Part shown: piece by piece, positions 1 to 13,899 of the stretch
Position numbering within the stretch: the first letter of the stretch is position 1
Layout: each line of letters opens with the position of its first letter
Assembly (NCBI GenBank): GCA_028023455.1
Contig: JAQFVV010000006.1
Location: 11,532,001 to 11,596,000, forward strand
DNA: 64,000 bases
Origin: Epiperipatus broadwayi
Taxonomy: Eukaryota; Animalia; Onychophora
Direction: 5' to 3'
Notes under the pieces: generated by a model
Database searches by the model: none
What the model was told of the DNA's origin: nothing
Seen by the model: the letters and a program-made list of their open reading frames with translations, nothing else
Made by a program: the position numbers and the translations under genes

Positions 1-37
1 GACCTTTTTATAAGTTTTCTTGATACTTAATATTAGA

Positions 38-208
38 CATGCTGCCCATGTTTGCGATGGCTGAATGCCATATTTTTCTCCATTGAGGGGGGGGTGTTTG
101 CGATGGCAGAATGCTCTATTAAAAAATCATAACTACGGCATTCTGCTGATGCAAACACCCCCCCCCCCCACTGGAGAAAGGTACAACATGCAAACAAGGA
201 CAGCATAT
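38..208. mobile_element. Small hairpin/MITE-like inverted repeat
   Basis: ctccattgaggggggggtgtttgcgatggcagaatgc (~79-115) is the reverse complement of gcattctgctgatgcaaacacccccccccccactggag (~138-176). An outer pair atgctg...tttgc / gcaaac...cagcat is also present. Confidence 0.6.
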
Positions 209-3200
209 TTAATACATAAGTACCGTTTTTTATTTGCTTCCAACAGCTGTTCATTCCACCGAGAGCTTTCTATTGCTTGAATAATTGGTGGAATGGAATA
301 GAATAATGAATTACAAAAAATGTGGAACTAGTAACTTTAGAGTGAAAGAAAGAACCAGGTTACTGGTTGAATTACAATATGAGGAAAATGATTAATGAGA
401 TGATTTATGATGTCTGTTGCTAACAAATTAGCATGCGTGAAATTAATAAATTCAAGTATACAAATTTTTTTTGTAGTTATATGTTGGACCATTTCCATCA
501 TCTTGAATTGTTAAATGTTTTTATTTATACTTTTCTATATGTGCTACTTTTATTGATACTACACAGATTATTGCATAGGATAATGTTTTGAGCAGTATTT
601 ATTACTTTCTTCAAATATCGCTAATCTAATTTATGACACTACAAGGATGGGAATTAACTTAGCGATCTTTAGATTCATGAATGCTGAATTTAAGCAATAT
701 TCCAACCAGCTAAAGAAAGTTTGACTAGGTAGTGGAAAGTTAAATATATAAATAAAATGTCATCATAAACTTTCAGATTATAATTTTCAAAATGGAGTTA
801 ATGAAATCTTGGACAAGGAGTCCATAATTCAGAGGGCACGGAGACTGTCTTTATATAAAATATAAATCGTACAGATTTAAATTAAAATTAGACAAAGAGA
901 TAATGTAACATACAATTATATGAATAATGAAGCAATACAAATTCTAATTGTACAATAATATCTACATTATCTATAGTAAATTCTCAAGGGATATTTATAT
1001 ATTCCATTCACCAAATAATGGGAGAGCCTAAGTAGTTGTGTAATGTCGACAACTTGGATAAGTAAGATGTGTTTAACTTTGGAATCTTATTATGAGGCAT
1101 GTGAATGATCCTACAAATCGTGCTACAATATCATAGAAGAGGATAGAAATTTATCATGCCTGGTTGTTGAAGCACAAATGACAGAACTTAGTTATAATTT
1201 TGATTATCGTGATAATAAGCAGACGCATTTAGCGATATTCCTTGTCAGGAGAGAAAGTGACAGTAGATGCATAGGCACGTACCATAAGTATATTATGGAT
1301 TGAAGAAGCCATGAATTGATAAAGTTTTTTGGATTTCAGGGGGGAGGAGTTTTGAGTTGCAATGATGCAATTTTCACCAATTGTCTTAATAAATTAATGA
1401 TATAGCACATATTCATTCAAAAAAAGATCAAGGAAGATTTACATTAGTTTATGAAGTAAGGATACCACAATGCTGCCCTAATTTTCTTTTTTGTTCTTTA
1501 TGATACATGCAACCAAACTCCTGGAAATCATTGGATGGACGTGAAGAAATATGTTTTCCTGATATTTTTTCGTTTTAGCAAAAATGTGAACTGTGTTTGA
1601 AACTTGGTCATTATTGCAGATATTGTTAAGTTCCTTCATAGCAAATAGAATTGGTGAAATTAGTTTTTATTCCTAATGCATGTTTTACAGGGAATGAAAC
1701 TATTTCTTTGATCATTAAATCAAGATTATAGTCTAAAAATGCTAATAGAAGATTAGAAACCTTCAGTTTTTTTGAATGCTTTCTCATTAATGAAAATGAT
1801 AAGAGTAGTATAGACTTGGATTATGGGGATAATAAAGTTCTCAGAATTCTGGATGATGATGGGTGTCTGGAACCCAAGTGATGATGAAGTCTATGTATTA
1901 TGTGTTGTACTACTGGGAATGAAGTTGCTTTTGATGATCTTACTAATTGTTTGTTAACAAGTGAATCCTACGGTAATTCCAAGAACCAAGAGTTACTGAA
2001 ATGTTCTGGCAGCTAGTGGTATTAATCATTAGATCTGGGGTACAAAATACAAATGAGATTTCTGAGAAATATTAGAAAACATTGAAAATGTCTTTCCTGT
2101 TGGCACTTTGCCATGATGATGATGATGATGATTTATGCATAAGAACAGGAGAGATACTGGATTAGACCACATTTAATTATGAATTATTCTCTTCTTTTTT
2201 TAATAAGTGAAATCAAATATATTTATTGATATATTTAAATCTAAATCTTAGCTATTTAATGCTCCTGACTTCCATTTGTTGAACATTTAGTATTGTTTAA
2301 TAAAAATAATGATCACTGCTATTTGATTTCTGAATTCAGCAAATAGAAATATATATTGTAACATGTTTTAATAATGATATTACAAAGTTGTTTTTGATAG
2401 GATTAATGTGAATTGAAAAAGAATCATTAACTTTTTTTAATCAAGATAGAGAAAACTAGCTTTTAATTACTGTGTTTTTTTTTTATTTCCACTCTTACTA
2501 TAAAAAGATTGGAAAAAAGATTAGAGGGCAGTTTTTAAAGTTTTTACATATTATGACAGAGACAGTGAAGATATATAACTGAAGTCAAGAGAGTGCAAAT
2601 CCAGCTGTTGATACTAGTTCACAACAGTAGAGTTCGGATTCCCATGAAACTAAAGAATCTGCTTTTCTGTGTTCTCCATAATCCATGTTGTGTATTAGGC
2701 TATATGATTGAAATCTATCAAATTCTAGACTAAATGAATCTGATTGAATGCCAACAGTTATTGAATTATACTTTTTGTGAAGATGATAATAAGCCAGTGT
2801 CCTGTTTAGAAGAGACCAGCTTAATCAGAGGGTTCATAAGGTTGCCGAAGTTGTTTATATGTATAATGTTTTATCTATATAGAAAGATACAGATAATGCT
2901 ACTGCATCATATATATAAAGTGCAGGTAATGAGTAGTGTTATATATATTGAGAATGATATTATTTTAAATAATTTTTTGAAAATGACAGTTAAAATCTTT
3001 AGTTTAAAAGTAAAACAAGTAAATATTTTTTGCTTGAGTAAAAAGGCTAAAAAACAAAGGATTGATTTATTGATGATTTTAATTTGGGGAAAAAAATGTA
3101 ATTCCAAAATTCTTTCTAGATTAGGGAACAAAAAAAAACAACAAACTAACAAACTTGCTGGAGTATTTTAAAAGATGTTTACAATTAATTAGGAGTAACC

Positions 3201-4700
3201 TATTAAAAAAGAAAAAAAAACTTTTATGAAGGATTTTCAAAGAAGTACTATTTTTTATTTTAAAAGTAAAAGGAAAAAAAAACATTTTTATCATTAGAAA
3301 TAATGAATTAATAACTTTGATTTATACTATTATATATATACATATACCTGGGAATTTTATGTATATTTTCAACATGGAATTAATTGTGAAAAATATTTTT
3401 GTAATAAATTTACTTGTTAATTAATGGAATATCCTTAGGATATAAATATCTATGCTCACATTGGAATGGCTATCCAAATATATTAAATCGATTATTATGT
3501 ATCATTAAAAATGAATAGAATGTTTTATGCAGCACATCTGTGCTTATTTATATAGGTATGTATCATGTAAACATCTGTAAATAAATAAATTCTTATGTAT
3601 TCTAAAAATGAATTTTTTTAATAAGTCTATGACAATTTGAGCAAGTTAATTTTTAAATTATTATACAGCACATCTGAGTGCTTATATGTACACACATTTT
3701 ATGTTTTTTGACATTGAATTAATTATGTATTAAGAAAATATAATATGGTTTATTAGGTTTATTTTTATTTTTTTTGTAAATGCCAGTGTGTGCACACATT
3801 TCCATGTGCATGCACATATGTTAAATCAGTCATTAATTATGTATTATAAAAATGAATTTCATTTATAGGTTTGTAACAATTAAATAGGTTCTAAATTATT
3901 ATACCACACATCTATATACTGATATCTACGTGTGTTAGGTAAACCTATTCTGATGTATTGAGATATATATATGTAAATTACAAAATAGTAGTGGATTTTT
4001 TTGTTTTAATCCAAATCAGAAGCCTTAATTTATATGTATAGCCATATTCTGCGGACCTTAATTTCATTTTAATTTGTTATTAATAAATTTATATTTCATT
4101 GTTAAAGTTATCCCAGTGAATTTACTCAATCCTAAATAGTTTTAGAATATTATATGTTTGTATTATATCTCTTGATCACAGTGATGATTATAGAAATTTC
4201 GCTCTCTGAGCTAGATTTGTGCATAATGGTCTATTATATAAAAGTTTATATTTAGTGTTTATGGACATCCTGATTATGATGGTCCTGGATGACACAAAGA
4301 GGCAACCCTTTCAAGTTCATGCTGTACATTTCATTTTAATTAGTTATTCAGAAATTAAGTTTATTGTTAGGCAGTACATTAATGGTACTAAGTGGCCAGA
4401 GCATTGACACTGATTAGCATGTTTTAATATCCCAGCTTGTTATATATTCTAATGAATTAGCACTTAACTTTGGGTATCCAAATTATTATGTTGTATTGCT
4501 GCCCCCTAAGGTTGGCATAGGCTAAATAATTAGCCTGGTCTATAGCAGACCCATTTCAAATTCAGTTATAAGATTGACTGTTGATTTTTATTGTTGATCA
4601 TTCATGGTGATGTATGATTATTGATTTTGTGTAATGCTAGTGAACTTATAGTTCACGTTCATCTCTCATTGTATTCATTCCTCATAGTTATTATATATTT

Positions 4701-5235
4701 TGTAAACTAAAATAATGAGCATGCTAATAATTCTAACAAGCTTTATCGATAAATACCACAAGAGAAAGCATTTAAAATATCTATTAGCACACTCATTATT
4801 TTAGTTTATAATTACAAGCTTATCAATTTAACGTGATGTATGACTTGATTTTATTTACTATTATAGTTTTGCTTTTAAGTCTTAAGCAATATTATATTGT
4901 TAAGGTTATTAATATACAGTGTAGCTGAAGATTTTTCAGACCCATATAGGTATTTAAGTTAGGTAGCTGGATTTGAAGACATAGTTGTCTGATAATTTCA
5001 GATTTTCTACTTAATAGTTTAGTATCAGATAAGTGCTGGCTTTGAGTTGGTATTTTGAATCAATAACTTGAAACTGGTTTGAGAATGGGGATAATTTCTA
5101 CATATAGATGTTAAATGCTTTCTTTTGCGGCATTTATCGATAAAGCTTGTTAGAGCTATTAACATGCTCATTATTTTAGTTTATAATTACAAGCTTATCA
5201 AGTTGTCACATGATGTATGACTTGATTTTATTTAC
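4701..5235 (+). mobile_element. Retrozyme-like family A insertion, HHR core decayed
   Basis: Homologous to the 6612-7833 and 24444-25217 arrays. ~80 nt inverted tail (4702-4785 vs 5105-5180), partial tandem (4790-4860 repeated at 5165-5235) and flanking 12-bp direct repeat tattatatattt (4689-4700 / 5236-5247). Confidence 0.75.
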
Positions 5236-5534
5236 TATTATATATTTAAATTCGGATCTTTGAGTGCCATCACCTCAAGTTCATTCCCTAAGATCTATAC
5301 TATTACAATATAAACACAAATTTCTTAATTCAGTGTGATTAAATAATATCAGCCAACAACATGGCTGAGATATACTTTGGATCTAAAACCAAATACTGTT
5401 TGAATCATGAGAATTCAAAAATAACTTATAATTTAAACCCATATTAAAAATGGTAGACCGCTTTCCAAACACAAATTCTTTTAATATCGACTGCTTAAAT
5501 TTTTATGAAATAACCCCCCCCCCCAATATAAATG

Positions 5535-5720
5535 ATTTTCAGGGAATATAAGTTATATAATGACGTTAAGTTATTTGTAGGATTAGAGTTATATAACAAG
5601 GTTATCTAACTACATTAAGCTATTTCCAGGGGTAGAAGTTACATAATAATGTTTATCTATTTCCAGGGATAAAAATTACACGACATTAAACTATTTCCAG
5701 GGATAGAAGTTATATAATGA
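5535..5720. repeat. Degenerate ~37-40 bp minisatellite
   Basis: Repeated unit resembling atttccagggatagaagttatataatgatgtta. Confidence 0.7.
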
Positions 5721-6688
5721 TGTTATTCATACTTTGAATATCAAACCCATTGCCACAATTGTAATAATCTGTCAGATTTTTTTTTTTTGTTGCAAATAAA
5801 TAAAAAATTTCCCCTTTAATTCTAATTCTTTAATAACAAAACTTATCACTAATAATTTATTTCTTATACATTTCATTACTATTTTTATAATAATGTAAGC
5901 ATAATCATAATTACAAATCAAATTATAGAATTATTTTACAAGAAAGTAATTAAAGTTTCTTTAATGTTTAAATATAATGCTACAGTTTTGGGGATTCTTA
6001 TTTTAATTGGTTAATGTCTTCTTAAAGCGTCCATTGACCTATCAAAATTTTAATGCAGGTTTCTGCCATTGAAATATTTATTCCTATAAATTCATTTTCG
6101 TACCTTTATTCCTATAATTAAGATAGAAATATTTGAAATATTCGATTGGAAAACTTTCATACTTTTACTATTCTGTCATTCCTAGTGAATTTCAACTTAA
6201 GCTTTCTTAGTTTATATTCCTTTTTTATTACAGTCTGGACTAGTTTGGATATTTACTTGAGTATCAGGCAATGATATATATATATACAAATAATTCAGCA
6301 GTGGGTTAATTGTTGGCATTGCTTCTTTCCTTGAAAAGATTCCAGTGGGAATCATTATCCAATTATGCACTTATTTGCTATAATGCATAATCTTCCTTTT
6401 CAATAATTTTGTTTTTGAAGGAGTACTTATTTCAATAGGTATGATAATTTTTCCTAGCAGGATTCTTCTTTAGTCAATCATTATCTTAAAATGTTCATTG
6501 GATTGTTAAAATCTCAATGCAGACAATTATCATTTAAATATTCCAGTAAATCCACTTTTATATTTTCCAGTAATTGGGGCTGAAATATTATTTGAAAATG
6601 CCATTAGAAATATATAAATAGCTTTGCTAATTGCTCAACAAGCTTTAGGATAAATGCTTAGCAATCTCTATCTGAAAACCACCCCTAT

Positions 6689-6731
6689 CCCCTTACCAAT
6701 AATTTCATGCTTTTGGCACTCCTCAGAGAGA
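6689..6731 (-). ncRNA. Minimal type I hammerhead ribozyme (family A)
   Basis: Reverse complement reads UCUCU CUGAGGA GUGC-CAAAA-GCAU GAAA UUAUUGG UA^ AGGGG. Intact core; wobble-rich stems I and III. Confidence 0.75.
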
Positions 6732-7202
6732 TGCTAGGGTAGCTTCAGATACTAGATCTAAAAACACCAACCCAAATCCAGCATTTATCCAAGAGTTGAC
6801 CATTGAGTAGAAAATCTGAAGTTATCAGACACCTAAATGTCTGCAAACCCAGCTATCTAACTCAAATAGCTATACGGGGCTGGGAGATCTTCAGCCAAAC
6901 TATATATTAGAAGTCTTAGCAATATAAGATTGCTTAAGACTAAAAGCAAAGACTATAAATAGTCAATAAAACAATAAAAAATAGAATTATATATCACATG
7001 ACTCCACTTATTGTTTTTTAAGTTTGTAATAAATAAAGAGCTCTGCTAATTGCTCAACAAGCTTTAGGATAAATGCTTAGCAAGAGAAAGCATTTAAAAT
7101 ATCTCTCTGAAAACCCCTCCCTATCCCCTGACCAGCTTCAGACACTAGATCTAAAAACACCAACCCAAAGCCAGCATTTGTCCGAGAGTTGACTATTGTG
7201 CA

Positions 7203-7241
7203 TCTCTGAGGAGTGCCAAAAGCACGAAACCATTGGTCAGG
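7203..7241 (+). ncRNA. Minimal type I hammerhead ribozyme (family A), intact
   Basis: UCU CUGAGGA GUGC-CAAAA-GCAC GAAA CCAUUGG UC^ AGG: canonical CUGANGA/GAAA core, 4-bp stem II, ACC/GGU stem III, GUC cleavage triplet. Confidence 0.88.
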
Positions 7242-7631
7242 GAATAGGGGGTTTAGATAGATATTTTAAATGCTTTCTTTTGCTAAGCATTTATCATAAA
7301 GCTTGTTGAGCTACTAGCAAAGCTCCTTGTTATTTACTACAAGCTTTTAAAAAAAAGGAAGTGGAGTCATGTGATATATATGACTTTATTTTTTATTGAC
7401 TATTTATAGTCTTTGCTTTAGTCTTAAGCAATGTTATATTGCTAAGACTTCTAATATATGGTTTGGCTGAAGATCTCTCAGCCCCATATAGCTATTTGAG
7501 TTAGATAGCTGGGTTTGAAGACATTTGGGTGTCTGAAAACTTCAGATTTTCTACTCAGTAGTCAACTCTTGGATAAATGCTGGCTTTTTGGGTTGGTGTT
7601 TTTAGATCTAGTGTCTGAAGCTATCCTAGTG

Positions 7632-7670
7632 CCTCTGAGGGGTACCGAAAGCATGAAACTATTGGTCAGG
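7632..7670 (+). ncRNA. Hammerhead ribozyme (family A), mutated core (A9G)
   Basis: CCU CUGAGGG GUAC-CGAAA-GCAU GAAA CUAUUGG UC^ AGG. Homologous to 7203-7241, one monomer downstream. Confidence 0.7.
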
Positions 7671-8529
7671 GGATAGGGGTTGGTTTTCAGATAGAGATAT
7701 TTTAAATGCTTTCTCTTGCTAAGCATTTATCCTAAAGCTTGTTGAGCAATTAGCAAAGCTCTTTGTTTATTTACTACAAGGTTAAAAAAAAGAAGTGGAG
7801 TCTTGTGATATAATTCTATTTTATGTATTTTTTTGCCATTAGAAATCTTTATTATTTTCCTTTTTTGTCATTTTCATTATTAAATGCTCATGTAAGACTT
7901 CTTTTATTGTTTATTTATTGTAGATTGATATATAGATAGTTTGGAAATTTTATTAAAAATATAAAGTACCTACTTGTTATTTCCTTTTCAAATAAATCAA
8001 GCAGTAAATTAAGTCTGCTATTGGCACTATCTAATTAGGCATCTTTTTAGTAAATTTGTTTTTGAAGGAGTGCTTATTTTAACACAAGTGACAATAATGG
8101 ATTTCCTTTCAAGAGAATTAATTCCTTAGGGTCTTATTTTATTTAGCATTGCATTTTACTGATATAGCCATTAATAAAATGATAATTATCAGATATGAGA
8201 AGGTTTCAAGTATTACTTAATATTTTGAGCTCTTTGTATTAAAGACAGTTTTTATTCATCTTTCTATCACAAACTACCTTTCCCCCCTCTAGAACAAATC
8301 ATTGACCAATATAATTTTTTATTCTTTAACTATTTTTGGATATAGAACGATCCATCATAATTTCATTTTTTCCCTACATTTTAGATGAAATAAAAAAATA
8401 ATGAAACATTTTTTTTACAATAATTTATTTTATATAATTTACTGAAAAATCAAGAAATAAAAATTAATATTGTTTCATTTTGTGGAATTACTAAATGATT
8501 AACCCAAAGTTGCTCATGCTTGCATCACC

Positions 8530-9200
8530 ATCAACCATTATCAATCTGCAGGATGAAGGTCTCTCCAAGTTCAATCCATCTTTTTCTATTTTTAGCTTCT
8601 CTTCTCCACATCACCCCTGCACACTTTCTTATTTCATCCATCCATCTCACATGTGGTCTCTTTCTGGGTCTTTTAAAATCTCTTGGAATCCAGTTTAAAA
8701 TTTCAATTGTCCATCTATTATCATCTCTTCTAGCAATATGTCCAGCCCAACTCCACTTCAGTCTTTTAATTTTTTCAATGAGGTCAGTAACACCTTTTTG
8801 TTCTCTTACCCATACATTGTGTTTTCAATCTCTTCCTGTTACTCCCAACATGCATCTCTCCATACTTCTTTGAGTGGTCTGAAGTCTCTGTATCGCTCTT
8901 CTATTAAGTGTCCAAGTCTCAGATCCATAAATAAGAACTGGCAAAACACATATAATAAAAACCTTCCTTTTCAAACACATAGGCATATTTTCTTTTAGTA
9001 TCAAGTTATTTCTACCAAAAGCACCTCAACCAAGTTTAATTCTATGATTAATTTCATCTATTATATTTCCATCTGTATTAATAATCTGACCAAGGTATTT
9101 GTAACTGTTAACTTCTTCTAATTCATCATAATCAATCTTTATTTTCATACTTTGAGAAAATCTATTAAACATTACTTTAGTCTTTTTAACATTTATCTAC
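8530..9200 (-). mobile_element. RTE-clade LINE 3' fragment
   Basis: Reverse complement matches the copy at 43567-44075 and encodes the RT C-terminus (LKRKVF..C.LPVL.Y..ETW...ER.MLG...RWMDEI type). Confidence 0.85.
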
Positions 9201-9842
9201 ATAACCTTAAATAGTTAACTCAAAGTTGCACGTGCTTGTACACATAACCTATCTCTTATACACATACATCAGGATTTTTTATACTATTAAATAGTTAAAG
9301 ATTAAGAAAGCAAAGAAAATGATTATTAATTTTGGTCAATCATCTATCAGTTGGTTATAAAAAGTATTAGTAAGACTATGCATTTTATATAAATGTGTGT
9401 AAATAACCTTATATCATCAAGACTTCCTGTATACAGGGCCTTTCAGAGAAAATGCGAGGCCTGGGGCAACTAATATTTTAGAGGCCCTTCAAAATTTAAA
9501 ATAACGGGGGAGGGAGAGAGAAGAAATGAAAGTTTACTTACAGGGCTGAAAACAGGACTCTGGTAGCAGTTAGTTACGAGTCACCGAAACGAACAAGCAG
9601 ACCAGATCCAGATAGTGCTTGGATAGGTTAGATTCACTCTAGCACTGTTAGTGTTGTAAAATATTATTAGCACAAAACTGACTGACAGGGGGCTGAGTCT
9701 ATTAGTTCTGCTGGTCACTGCAATCGCTTTTGTCGCAGAGTCGTCAAATTGGCACCTCATTCCTAAACTGGCTTACGTTTCCACTCGTATGTCTGCTTGG
9801 AAAAGTTTTTCTCGAATATTTTTTTTGGGAATTTAACTGTAA

Positions 9843-12800
9843 AATTAAGGCAAGACATGAAAAGTAAGTAAAAAATCAAGTGAAATAATACATAAATTTT
9901 AAAAAGTACACACGCACCCAAAATCGATAAAAATACATAAAATAACACCCCCCCCCAGCAATAAATTGAAATGGCTTAAAAATAAGTAAAATACAAAATA
10001 CCTAAGGCGGAGTAATTCAAATAAATCCTTCGAAAATACAAAATAAAAAAAACCCCAAGAAAATGCTATGAAATTCAAATTACAAAAACAGAAATCGGTG
10101 AAAATACATCAAATGCACCCCCTCCCCATAATGAAGAATTCTTGGATGAAATGGACAAAGTAAATGCTTAAGGCAAAATAAATCGAACAAAATCTTCTAA
10201 AATACAAATTTAAAAAAAACCCAAGAAAACACTATGAAATTCGAATTACAAAAACAGAAAAAGTTTATTGGTAAATGTAAAAAAAATGGTTTTAATGAGG
10301 CTTCATTAATAGTGAGAATTACAAAAACAGATTTTCATCAATATTTAGCTTTCAACATTTGCAAATATGCATCTGCGATCAGATTCCAAAGCAGCGCAAA
10401 ATACAAATTAAAAAACAACAACAAGAAAATGCTATATATCAAGAATTTGATCAAAAATCAGTAAAATGCAAAAACAAAAATTGGTGTATAACTAACAGAT
10501 ATACCCCCCCCTCTCACATGAATTAAAACGAAAAATGGTGCATTATCTAACTAACAGATCTAATAATAATTCACAAACCTTAAATACAGACTAATACATA
10601 TTAAGTAATTAAATATAGATAGCAATGAGCGCATAGTGATCTGTTGTTATCTCTTAGGATAATTTCAAAACAGCTATTTATAGCAGGAGAGCTACTAATT
10701 GTTTTTCCCAAAAATTTATTACATAATTATTCTCTGCGTTGAAATTATGGCATATCATAACATGAATTCGAATAAAATAATCAGAATCGAAAATAGGCAT
10801 GGCCATAAATTATAGAAAGTTTAAAATAGAACGATTAAAATAATCATTGATTACATTTACAGGAAAAATTATTAAAAAGTTATATTTATTGGCAAGAATG
10901 TTACAAGATTTTATTTTAACAAGAATTTTAAGTAATTAAGAATATTAAAATAGATTTGTTGAACTCTGCATTTAAGAAATATTACCAACTTTGTTCCAGG
11001 CTCAGTTCACTGCCATTTGCACTATGATTAGTTGATCGTCGCAATGTCCTGTCTTTTTTACAACTCTTCTTTAATTAAAATTATAAAATTTAGCTTTCTA
11101 TTGTTAAATTTCTTAACTTAGCACTTTTATCAAAGATGATCCCCAAGTGAATAACAGCAGATTAAAAAAAGAATTTAATAGAAGACGTGGACAGAATAGT
11201 ATCTAGCAAACAGTTATTTAGAGAAAGTTGCAAATTAAAATGTGACGTAATAGACCTCTCACTTATATAATATCCCAATGCAATTTAAAATAAGTGATTC
11301 TTCAGCATTTTGCCAAAGAAAATATTTTCTTTAAAACAAACTTTAGTACCATATTTTGTGCACACTGGTAATTATATATAAGTTGCATATTTCATTATGT
11401 TTTATTTAAAGAAAGTTGCAAATTGAAATGTGACATAATAGGCCTCTTTTACATTAAAAAATAGAGGCGCAGCTTTAGGTAGTTCCGCAAAATATAACAT
11501 CCCAGTGCAATTTAAAATAATAAGTGATTCTTCAGCATTTTGCCAAAGAGAAAATATTTTCTTTAAAATATACTTTAGTATCATATTCTGTGCACAGTAA
11601 ATATATATAAGATGCATATTTTATTTAAGAAAGGGTAGTGTAAATGCACCTATATTTTTTAATGTGAGAGGTCTATTACTTCACATTTTAATTTGCAACT
11701 TTTTTTAAATAACTGCTAGGTACTGTTCGTTCCACGTCTTCTGTTAAATTATTTTTTTAATTTGCTGTTATTCACATAGGAATCACCTTTGATAAAAGTG
11801 CTAAGTTAAGAAATTTAACAATAGAAAACTAAATTTTATAATTTTAATTAAAGAAGAGTTGTAAACAAGGCAGGACATCGTGACGATCAATTCATCGTAG
11901 TGCAAATGGGATGAACTGAGCCTGGAACAAAGTTGGTAATATTTCTTAAATGCAGAGTTCTACAAATCTATTTTAATATCCTTAATTACTTAAATTTCTT
12001 TTTAAAATAAAATCTTTTAACATTCTTGCCAATAAATATAACTTATTAATAATTTTTCATGTAACTGTAATCAATGATTATTTTAAACTTTCTATAATCT
12101 ATGGCCATGCTCATTTTCTATTCTGATTATTTTATTCAAATTTATATGTTATGATATGCCATAATTTCAAAGCAGAGAATAATTAATGTAATAAATTTTT
12201 GGGAACAACAATTAGTAGCTCTCCTGATATAAATAGCTGCTTTGAAATTATTCTAAGAGATAACAGACCACTATGCGCTCATTATCAATATTTAATTACT
12301 TAATATGTATTAGTCTGTATTTAAGGTTTGTGAATTATTATTATATCTGTTAGTTAGATAACGCACAGACAAATTTGAAAATAGTCTTTTATTTTTAAAT
12401 ATTGATGACTACCATTTTTTGTTTTAATTCTTTGTGCGGGAGGGGGAAGAGTATATCTATTAGTTAGACACCAATTTTTGTTTTTGCATTTTACTTATTT
12501 TTGATTGAATTCTTGATGCATAGCATTTTCTTGTTTTTTTTTTTTTAAATTTGTATTTTGCGCTGCTTTGGAATCTGATCGCAGATGCATATTTGCAAAT
12601 GTTGAAAGCTAAATATTGATAAAATTCTGTTTTTGTAATTCCCGTTATTAATGAAGTCCCATCTGCCATTTTTTTGACATTTACCATTAAACTTTTTCTG
12701 TTTTTGTTATAATTCGAATTTCATAGTGTTTTCTTGTTTCTTTAAATATGTATTTTAGAAGGATTTGTTTGATTTAGGCATTTTAATTTATCCATTTCAG

Positions 12801-13200
12801 CCATTTTTGGATAGAAATTCTTCATGGGGGGGGGTGTTGTGTTTGAAGCATTTTCACTGATTTCTGTTTTTGTAATTCGAATATCATAGCATTTTTTTTT
12901 TTAATTTGTATTTTAGAAGATTTTGTTCGATTTATTTTGCCTTAGGCATTTTACTTTGTCCATTTCAGCAAAGAATTCTTCATTCTGGGAGGGGGAGTTG
13001 GTTGCGTTTGACGTATTTTTGCCGATTTCTGTTTTTATAATTCAAATTTCATAGCATTTTCTTTTTTTTTTTTAATTTGTATTTTTGAAGGGTTTATTCG
13101 GTTTTATGTATTTTTACCGATTTTGTGTGTGTGTGTACTTTTTTAAGATTTAATTATTATTTCACTTGATTTTTTACTTACTTTTGATGTCTTGACTTAG
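9843..13200. mobile_element. Large fold-back element with ~1.4-1.5 kb inverted arms and internal tandem subrepeats
   Basis: ~9843-11263 is the reverse complement of ~11655-13200 (e.g. agattccaaagcagcgcaaaatac vs gtattttgcgctgctttggaatct). The arms contain ~170-190 bp subrepeats. The spacer holds a tandem duplication (~11217-11410 / 11403-11620). Confidence 0.8.
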
Positions 13201-13899
13201 GCATTTTAATTTTCCATCGATTTCAGCCATTTTTGGACAGAAATTTGTCACTTGCAGGCTTTTTGGTGGAGCTGCAGCGTCGCCTAATGGCCTGAAAACT
13301 ACTGAGTGTAATGTCAAGCGCGGTCTTGTTGAGAAGTAATTTCAAAGTTTTGTAATTTTACTCCACAAATTAAATCTTTCCATTAAGAATAAAACAAATT
13401 ATAGATTTAGTATTCACAAATACATTACTTTCATAATTGACATTAAATGATCAACTATCAATATTAAAATTTGTCCTATTGTTGCCTTCTATATATAAAA
13501 TTAAAAATAATCAATTTAAAACAAAATTGAAACAGGTAACTCACTATAAATAAAAATATTTAATACATCAATCCAGATTTCATTCTTTAATGGAATCTTT
13601 TCAAGATGTTTCTTTTTACACAATCACATGATCAGTTACCCTACAGCAACTTCCCCAATGGACATTATTTACATTACATTACAATAAATATGATTATTAA
13701 AATACATACATTAAATATAATTAGTAAAATACATGTATGTACATAAAAATGATTAAACTTATTACAGTTTTTTTTTCTCATAATATATATATATTTACAA
13801 GTAATCTAAAAAAAAGAACCCCCAATAATGATAATCCCCAATATTTTTAAAATTATAATTCTAGTTTCCAATAATCTAACAAGGTTCGTTTTCCCAGTA

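Larger units (their letters stand above)
6612..7833. mobile_element. Retrozyme-like family A array (minus-strand partial tandem joined to plus-strand partial tandem; ~429 nt monomer with HHR)
   Basis: 13-bp direct repeat tgccattagaaat at 6599-6611 and 7834-7846. Three HHR motifs; the plus-strand cleavage sites at 7238 and 7667 are 429 nt apart. No ORF. Confidence 0.88.

Noticed and set aside
2734-3171. 145-aa ORF as a gene
   Set aside because: Low-complexity AT-rich translation with no recognizable domain or splice support.
8495-8998. Plus-strand ORFs (also 43726-44077 on the minus strand) as independent genes
   Set aside because: They are antisense frames of the RTE LINE fragments.
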